Below, piece by piece: positions 36,530 to 42,305 of a stretch of DNA of 42,305 nucleotides. Positions within the stretch are counted from its first letter, which is position 1. Each line of letters opens with the position of its first letter. The stretch lies in IMG/VR virus record IMGVR_UViG_3300035037_000234, positions 1 to 42,305 of that record; one strand, written 5' to 3'. Made by a program: the position numbers and the translations under genes. The DNA comes from a virus. Taxonomy: Duplodnaviria; Caudoviricetes. The notes below the pieces were generated by a model, which made no database searches, had not been told where the DNA came from, and saw only the letters and a program-made list of their open reading frames with translations.

Positions 36530-38907
36530 TTATTTCTTTCCTTATTCTGTATCTGAATAGATGCGGCTTCTTTTCTTCTAATAAATTGAAATTTCTTTAT
36601 ATCCTCGAATTCTTTTATAGCTACTTCTTTATTTGTTAATAAACTTTTTCCCTTTAAATAAATATTATAAGGACTTTCTTCTTCCATTTTTATACCAATA
36701 TGATTATATTCTTTTGAAATAAGTTCAATCGATGTTTTATTATTAATAGATTCGTTGTTATCCAAACTTATAACTTTAGAATATGGAACGGTTAAAGCTA
36801 AATTTCTAATACCACTATCAAATCCAATAAATAAGTCTGAATATTTAATCCCATAATAAATATAATCTAATGAACAATGGTGATAATTAGTTCTACTCGA
36901 ATCTATATTATCTAATATATGTCCTAAATTAATTACTCTATATCCATCGTTTTCAAATAATTTTAAAGATTGTTCTATTTCATATCTTGAAAATAATTTT
37001 TCTACAGAAACAGAAAAACAATTTGAATTATATGTAATTATACCTTTATAATCTTTTCTAAACTTATCAAAATCTTTTTTAACTTTATTTTTGATAGAGA
37101 TATCTGGGTGATATTCTAATTTAGTGTCAAGCTCATTTATTTTTGCTAATTCATAACCAACATACTCGACAATAGAATACTTTTTTCTACTCAAATCATT
37201 ACTATATTTAGGACTTATATGTAAATCATAAAACTTTTCTGGTTTTATTTTATCTATGAAATTCATTATTTGTCTTTCTGGATTCGGTAAATAAGCGTCC
37301 CAACCATCGTCTACTTTACCTTGGAATAAAACATATCCATCTATATAAGGTAAGTTCTTAACTATATCATAATATTTGTAATGGGTTAACCAAACTATTT
37401 TATAATTTTTATATGTTTTTCTTAATTGCTTAATTGTTGGAATCCCAAATAAACAATCACCCAATCTTCTCCATAATGATATGCAAATAACTTTCGAATT
37501 TCCTAGAGAAATAGTTTTTATATCCTTTGCCTCCTCTACATCTTTTATATCTAAGGGATAAAAAAAATCAGAAACTTCTCGTTTCTTTTTAGAAGCATTT
37601 TTTCTTATATATTTTTCTAATAAATCAGGAGTTAAATTATCGATACACTTTCCATTATTTATGCACATTCTATTTTTATTTTTATATTTATTCCAACAAG
37701 GTGAGCACTTCGTAGGACTTTGAATTGGAATTGTATTCTTATAATAAGAACATCTCCATTCAGCTGGTATAGTAGTATACATTATTATTTCTTTAATATC
37801 GAAAGCAGCGGCTATATGACTCACAAAGTTATCCATCGTGACCACTAAATCAGCTTTAGAAACTATTGCAAATAATTCTCTAATAGTTGTTTTCCCTGTT
37901 AAATTTAAAGCGTTAGTTATTTCTATTTTATTTTTACCAACTAATATTAAATTATATTTATCTTTATCAAATCTATTAACTAAATCTTGTAAATAATCTT
38001 CTCTCCAATTTCTTTTCTTCTCCATCGCTTCAATACAGAATAAAATATTTATCTTATTGGGATTTATATATTTATTAACAGATAATAATTCCTCTTCAGT
38101 TAGATAAAGTTCTGGTGTTTTTGATTCTAAATTTATATCAAACATTTCGGCGATTGAATCTATTCTTGGCTGTTGATTTCTTTTAATAGTATAGTCTTCT
38201 GTCATCTTCCCTAAAAAGAAATGCTTGTCATAATTAACTAAAGTCTTTTCAAATTCAGTTTCATTATATAAATCAGTATTTATAGCATCAATATACGGAT
38301 TATTTTTTAATATTTCTCTACCTTCAGATCTGGTCGAATAAGTAAGATGAGCATTTGGATATTCTTTTTTTATTTGTTTTATAATAGGAGTAGTCATTAA
38401 AATATCACCTAACCCCCTACCAGATGCTTCATAATTAGTATCAAATAAAATATTTAATTTATCTTCTTCATTAGAGACAATACTACATAATTTTCCACAA
38501 GGAAGTGTTTTAGTAGTATCTATTTGCTCTATTAAATATTTTCTAGAAACTCTTTCCGCCTCTATTTTACCTCCTTCATCTAATCCCAGTACAAAAGAAA
38601 ATTTACTAAAAGTATTATTAGTAAAAGTAAGTATTCCCATATATTTTGGAGGTGTAATTACATATATTATATTTTTATGAATTAATGGCTTGTTGGGTAA
38701 TTTAGGAGTAATAAAAATAATATAAAAATCTTTATTGATTATATTATTTAAATCTGAGATATAAGAATCATAGTCTTCAATTCTATAACATTCAATTAAT
38801 GCAAATCTATAATTCCCAGAAGGAAAGTTTATTTTTTTAGTTTTTACTTCAGTTAAATCGAATCTTGTCTTTCTATACGTAGAAAAAACTTTTACAAGTT
38901 CTAACAA
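36526..38907 (-). CDS. Tandem glycosyltransferase family 9 (heptosyltransferase-like) protein
   Basis: Two GT9 units: GLGDILMTTP...NPYID...LTGKTTIREL...DN...HIAAA, and RLGDCLFGIP...LPYID...FIGFDSG. Confidence 0.88.
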   Translation of the reverse strand: MLELVKVFSTYRKTRFDLTEVKTKKINFPSGNYRFALIECYRIEDYDSYISDLNNIINKDFYIIFITPKLPNKPLIHKNIIYVITPPKYMGILTFTNNTFSKFSFVLGLDEGGKIEAERVSRKYLIEQIDTTKTLPCGKLCSIVSNEEDKLNILFDTNYEASGRGLGDILMTTPIIKQIKKEYPNAHLTYSTRSEGREILKNNPYIDAINTDLYNETEFEKTLVNYDKHFFLGKMTEDYTIKRNQQPRIDSIAEMFDINLESKTPELYLTEEELLSVNKYINPNKINILFCIEAMEKKRNWREDYLQDLVNRFDKDKYNLILVGKNKIEITNALNLTGKTTIRELFAIVSKADLVVTMDNFVSHIAAAFDIKEIIMYTTIPAEWRCSYYKNTIPIQSPTKCSPCWNKYKNKNRMCINNGKCIDNLTPDLLEKYIRKNASKKKREVSDFFYPLDIKDVEEAKDIKTISLGNSKVICISLWRRLGDCLFGIPTIKQLRKTYKNYKIVWLTHYKYYDIVKNLPYIDGYVLFQGKVDDGWDAYLPNPERQIMNFIDKIKPEKFYDLHISPKYSNDLSRKKYSIVEYVGYELAKINELDTKLEYHPDISIKNKVKKDFDKFRKDYKGIITYNSNCFSVSVEKLFSRYEIEQSLKLFENDGYRVINLGHILDNIDSSRTNYHHCSLDYIYYGIKYSDLFIGFDSGIRNLALTVPYSKVISLDNNESINNKTSIELISKEYNHIGIKMEEESPYNIYLKGKSLLTNKEVAIKEFEDIKKFQFIRRKEAASIQIQNKERNK

Positions 38908-38931
38908 AATATTCCTCTTTTATTTAATTAA

Positions 38932-38957
38932 AGGAGGGAGAATAAAATCCCCCTCCT
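38932..38957 (-). terminator. Intrinsic terminator after the major capsid gene
   Basis: Minus strand AGGAGGGGGA-TTTTAT-TCTCCCTCCT (one G-U pair) followed by TTAATT. Confidence 0.75.
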
Positions 38958-38969
38958 AAGTTTTATATT

Positions 38970-39968
38970 TTAACTTGCTGTTATGTCCAAACGAACAATT
39001 GCATCATACTTAGAATTCGTCATGTGTCTAAGAGTAAAATCAAATCTTTCAAATGCTATAAATATTTGACTATCTCTTTCGATGTCTTCTTTTCTCCTAA
39101 TCTGCATTCCTCTACCTTGACCAATTAATGGTTCTGACTTCGGTATTAGAATTGCTTTATTAGGGTCAATTGCATCCACATAACTAGAAGAATAAACAGA
39201 TACGCCATATATCTTAGGTAGAATTCCATTCTGAACAATACCTGCTGAACCAAATACGTCGTTCTTAACTCCTCTATCTGTTCTTAAGTAATGAGCAAAT
39301 TTATCAGAACAAATTAGAATAACATCTCCACGAGCATGTACCCCAAGTTCTTTTATACCTTCAGAAATACCATCACTCATTCCATAATCATTACTAGCAT
39401 TAATTGTAATGGTATCAGTATTCTTCTGTGCATCAGTTGCTGAATAAAATAAACCTTCAACAATACTTGTATAACTAGAAGAACTGGCATCCTGAGCTGT
39501 AGCAGAAAGCATAGCCTTCTCTTCTGCTCTGGCAAATGCTTCTCCAAAAGCTTCCAATATTAAACCAACAACATCTAAATTAGCGTCGTTAATATCATCA
39601 TTGGCAACTTCAGCCTTTGCAGCTAACTTACCAGGTTTTAATACAACAGCGGAAGTTGAATACTCTAATTGCTTAGTATCATCATCGCCAATTGCATCAG
39701 AAGTACCTACACCAGTACCAACTTGATAAATATTTTCATCATCATATGCAACAGAAGGAATACTAAGAGACTTACCAGGAACGTTTATAGTTCTAAAAAG
39801 CTGTCTGGCAATATTTCTTTCATATACCTCTTTGATAATCTCATCAGCTATTGGTTTAGGTAGATAATTCTCACCAGTACTGTCATCAACATATAAATCT
39901 GTATCTGAAGCCATTGCTGTTTTCTGAAATAATAAATTTCTAAATACTTTTTTCATTTCTTTATTCAT
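38970..39968 (-). CDS. Major capsid protein (HK97 fold)
   Basis: YLPKPIADEIIKEV...ARQL, KLAAKAEV, FARAEEKAML, PKIYGVSVYSS, ERFDF. It follows the protease; the start is ATG 39968 after AAGGAGGT. Confidence 0.92.
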   Translation of the reverse strand: MNKEMKKVFRNLLFQKTAMASDTDLYVDDSTGENYLPKPIADEIIKEVYERNIARQLFRTINVPGKSLSIPSVAYDDENIYQVGTGVGTSDAIGDDDTKQLEYSTSAVVLKPGKLAAKAEVANDDINDANLDVVGLILEAFGEAFARAEEKAMLSATAQDASSSSYTSIVEGLFYSATDAQKNTDTITINASNDYGMSDGISEGIKELGVHARGDVILICSDKFAHYLRTDRGVKNDVFGSAGIVQNGILPKIYGVSVYSSSYVDAIDPNKAILIPKSEPLIGQGRGMQIRRKEDIERDSQIFIAFERFDFTLRHMTNSKYDAIVRLDITAS

Positions 39969-40012
39969 TGTCTGCACCTCCTTATTTTAATAGATAGTAT
40001 TTTTTAATATAT

Positions 40013-41239
40013 TTAAGAAAGAATACTTTTAAAATATTTATTCTTAATTTCCATTTTCATGTCATCATCTAAGATATCCCACAAAGCTTTATCTTCCATT
40101 ATTTCTTTTATAGACATACCTTCCATTTTTTTAATTAATTTCTCTTCTTCGGTTTCTTTATCATTACTAAGAACACCTTTTCTTTTAGATTTATTTTTTT
40201 GTAGTTTCTTAGTATTTTCTAACTTATCTGAAGCTTCTTCTTTTGTAGAAATAGTTGCTTGTTTTATAATTTTAATATCTTCAGCCATTTCTAATACCGC
40301 ATCTAATTTTTTATGTAATGCTTTCACTTCAGTTTTAATATCGAAAGAATCTTCTTCATCATCTTCATCATCTTCGTCATTGTCATCAGAATCTTCATCA
40401 TCGTCATCTTCATCATCATTATCATCTTCTTCGACTTCATCTTCTTGGATATCTTCTTCTTCAATTTCTTCTTCCTCTTCTTCATCTTCTTCGACATCCT
40501 CATCTTCATCTTTTTTAGGTTTTTCTTCTTTAACCTTCTTTTTCTTTAATGTGTCAGTATCTTCTTCATCTTCTATAGTATCTTCAGATTTTTTCTTTTC
40601 AGATAACTCAAGTTCTTCATCTGTTTTCTTCTTTTTCATTTTGTCACCTCCGACATCTTTTTCTTCTTTATTTAATTTTAAACTTTTAGAAATAACTTCT
40701 AATAAGGTAGCTTCAGGATTAGCAGGTACCCCAACTAATGAAACTTCAACTAATTCAATATTAGTAATTTTGTATCCTTCTACTGAATCATTATCTTTCG
40801 ACATTATTTCTTCAAAATCTTTAACTATTCCACCAATAGAAAAAGCTCCCCAAAGACCTTCTTCTATCTGTTCTCTTAAATTATATTCAGTTTTAGATAT
40901 TCTTGCTTTTATCATCAAACCACCAGCAACGTATTTACTTTCTATAATAACCCCTATTGGTCTATCATAGTTATGATTTAAAAATAAAATGTTATTTGGT
41001 TTCTTCAATAAACTACCTGCAGCGGATTTTAAAGCCTCTTCAGTTATTATCTCTCCATGTCTATCTAAAGAAGGAGTAGAAGCATAACCAACTATTAAAA
41101 AATCTTCTTTAGGTTCATTTGATTTTTTTGTAACCTCAAAGTTATATGTAAACTTAACTGGCTGGTTAACAATATTTCTATTCATGTTAATCTCCTCATT
41201 GCATAATTCTAAAAATTTATTCTTAGTAAATACTTTCAT
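40013..41239 (-). CDS. HK97-family prohead protease with acidic scaffold extension
   Basis: VGYAST...DRHGEII, LNHN.DRPIG, FSIGG, LVEVSLVGVPANPEA, then a long D/E tract and helical C-terminus. The start may be ATG 41185 (GAGGAG SD). Confidence 0.93.
   Translation of the reverse strand: MKVFTKNKFLELCNEEINMNRNIVNQPVKFTYNFEVTKKSNEPKEDFLIVGYASTPSLDRHGEIITEEALKSAAGSLLKKPNNILFLNHNYDRPIGVIIESKYVAGGLMIKARISKTEYNLREQIEEGLWGAFSIGGIVKDFEEIMSKDNDSVEGYKITNIELVEVSLVGVPANPEATLLEVISKSLKLNKEEKDVGGDKMKKKKTDEELELSEKKKSEDTIEDEEDTDTLKKKKVKEEKPKKDEDEDVEEDEEEEEEIEEEDIQEDEVEEDDNDDEDDDDEDSDDNDEDDEDDEEDSFDIKTEVKALHKKLDAVLEMAEDIKIIKQATISTKEEASDKLENTKKLQKNKSKRKGVLSNDKETEEEKLIKKMEGMSIKEIMEDKALWDILDDDMKMEIKNKYFKSILS
40345..40510. 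repeat. Low-complexity GAA/GAT codon tract (poly-acidic linker)
   Basis: (TCA/TCT/TTC)n on the + strand, encoding DEDEDVEEDEEEEE...DDEEDS. Confidence 0.85.
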
Positions 41240-41273
41240 TATATAAATAAAGAAAATTTTAATTTAAAAAATT

Positions 41274-41888
41274 TTAATTTATTTTTATTTTATTATTGGG
41301 TAATAAATATTTTTTATTAAACATATTTTTTAAATTTTTACTCAAACCAATAAATGCTACTTTTTTAGTATTCTGTACTTGTATAATCTTCATTATTTCT
41401 TTTAATCCTATGGACTCCGGATTTGTATCTAAATATTTAATGGTTAATAATAAATTTAAATCCTTTATTAATTCATAAGATTTATTAGTAAATCTTTTAA
41501 AAACAGGTAAAAATATAAAATTTTTAAATCTCATACCCATAGAAATATTTGAAGAAATACCAATAGCTGTTTTATGTAATATAAATGGGATAAATCCAAA
41601 ATAACTTTTATAGGGCTTTAATATTTGCACATTTAAATTTAAATTATTTTCTTTAATTTTTTTTAATATATTATTCTCGAACTCTTTAAAAATATAGCAA
41701 GGAATATGTTTATCTTTTAAGCGTCCTATATCATAAGTATGATACATATCATCTGAAGTAAATAATACTCCATCAATTTTATCCTTTAAAATAAAATTAA
41801 ATCCTTTTGGAGTATTAACTAAAATATTCTTTTCACTTTTAATTAAAAAAGAGGGAGATAAGCTATTATTTAATATTTTTAGTTCCAT
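41274..41888 (-). CDS. Degenerate metallo-beta-lactamase-fold-like protein
   Basis: SFLIK...ILVN.P, IDGVLFTSDDMYHTYDI resembles the THxHxDH motif with the histidines lost. Confidence 0.45.
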   Translation of the reverse strand: MELKILNNSLSPSFLIKSEKNILVNTPKGFNFILKDKIDGVLFTSDDMYHTYDIGRLKDKHIPCYIFKEFENNILKKIKENNLNLNVQILKPYKSYFGFIPFILHKTAIGISSNISMGMRFKNFIFLPVFKRFTNKSYELIKDLNLLLTIKYLDTNPESIGLKEIMKIIQVQNTKKVAFIGLSKNLKNMFNKKYLLPNNKIKIN

Positions 41889-42160
41889 TAGTCATTCCTT
41901 AATTCAAAAATAGTTTTTGATAACCCAGTGTATTCTCCTTTAATAACCTTTGTTGTTACATAATATCTTCCTTCAACATCAGAAACACTACTTTGAAACA
42001 AATAATAAAAAGTAGTAGAATCTTCTTCGGTCATAGCTGCATTATCAACTTTAGTAGTACCAACCGAATCAACTATTGTTATTGTTACACTATCTGGATT
42101 CGCGGGACTTACAACATCTTGAATCTTTACAACTGTACCTAAACTATAACTATCTTGTAG
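41888..42160 (-). CDS. 90-codon beta-rich (Ig-like) frame lacking its own start codon
   Basis: LQDSYSLGTVVKIQ...PDSVTITIVD..G...YYLFQ...GRYYVTTKV...FELRND*, with a TAATG overlap on the next gene. It is in frame with the upstream partial ORF across TGA 42163-42161. Confidence 0.6.
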   Translation of the reverse strand, partial: LQDSYSLGTVVKIQDVVSPANPDSVTITIVDSVGTTKVDNAAMTEEDSTTFYYLFQSSVSDVEGRYYVTTKVIKGEYTGLSKTIFELRND

Positions 42161-42305
42161 TCACAATTTAGTCACATTTTTAAAATCATACTGAGCTCCT
42201 ATGCTGCCTTTCCAGGGGCCTCCGATACTCTTAAAAAATGAAACTCCTGCATCATTAGATGTTACATAGAACTCAAGACCAACCTCTTGCTTTTCTTCTT
42301 CTTGC
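42161..42305 (-). CDS. C-terminal end of an ORF entering from beyond the window
   Basis: Open frame QEEEKQEVGLEFYVTSNDAGVSFFKSIGGPWKGSIGAQYDFKNVTKL*. Confidence 0.45.
   Translation of the reverse strand, partial: QEEEKQEVGLEFYVTSNDAGVSFFKSIGGPWKGSIGAQYDFKNVTKL

Noticed and set aside
29378-38907. Host O-antigen/capsule locus marking a prophage boundary
   Set aside because: It is flanked on both sides by virion genes, shares strand and composition with them, contains a phage promoter motif, and lacks wzx/wzy/export genes.
40324-40509. Met/Lys-rich 61-aa minus-strand ORF
   Set aside because: Alternate-frame artefact of the acidic codon repeat.
40059-40970. 303-aa Ser-rich ORF on the + strand
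   Set aside because: Antisense shadow of the GAA/GAT-rich protease-scaffold gene.
272-41478. All other plus-strand ORFs in the track (e.g. 445..696, 8324..8584, 13147..13596, 29811..30134)
   Set aside because: They lie antisense to well-supported minus-strand genes, have F/L/S/I-biased shadow composition and show no recognisable motifs.
1-42305. Alternative genetic code (TGA or TAG reassigned)
   Set aside because: Long genes are intact in the standard code, and TGA/TAG stops coincide with next-gene starts (ATGA overlaps). The 42161 TGA is an isolated case.
1-42305. CRISPR array, tRNA/rRNA genes, integrase, reverse transcriptase/DGR
   Set aside because: No regularly spaced repeats, cloverleaf-like segments or matching protein motifs were seen by eye; a tRNAscan/Infernal run would be needed to exclude small RNAs.

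Overview
The window is a very AT-rich fragment of a tailed dsDNA bacteriophage (Caudoviricetes-type), with essentially all real genes on the minus strand, the standard genetic code, strong AGGAGG Shine-Dalgarno sites and many ATGA/TAATG overlaps. In transcription order (right to left) it has four blocks. (1) Head genes: prohead protease-scaffold, HK97-type major capsid protein, then a ~9.5 kb glycan-modification cluster and a head-tail adaptor. (2) Replication and recombination: a sigma70-like promoter, a sigma factor, primase-helicase, UDG-PolA fusion, DnaN clamp, DnaX clamp loader, SSB-like protein, RuvC, RecA and SbcCD. (3) Accessory genes: a sigma factor split into two genes, putative TerS, HNH endonucleases, a nucleoside deoxyribosyltransferase-like gene and ClpP. 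(4) Packaging: large terminase, portal and a Mu gpF-like head protein. The main finding is a large terminase fractured inside its Walker A motif by an apparently naturally split intein, whose N-half carries a fused PD-(D/E)XK endonuclease. Other highlights are an HNH cassette that rebuilt the recoded start of the gene it invaded, a two-gene sigma factor, two phage-specific promoter-like motif families, and a capsid-linked glycosylation pathway. All calls come from reading motifs by eye; no database searches were run.
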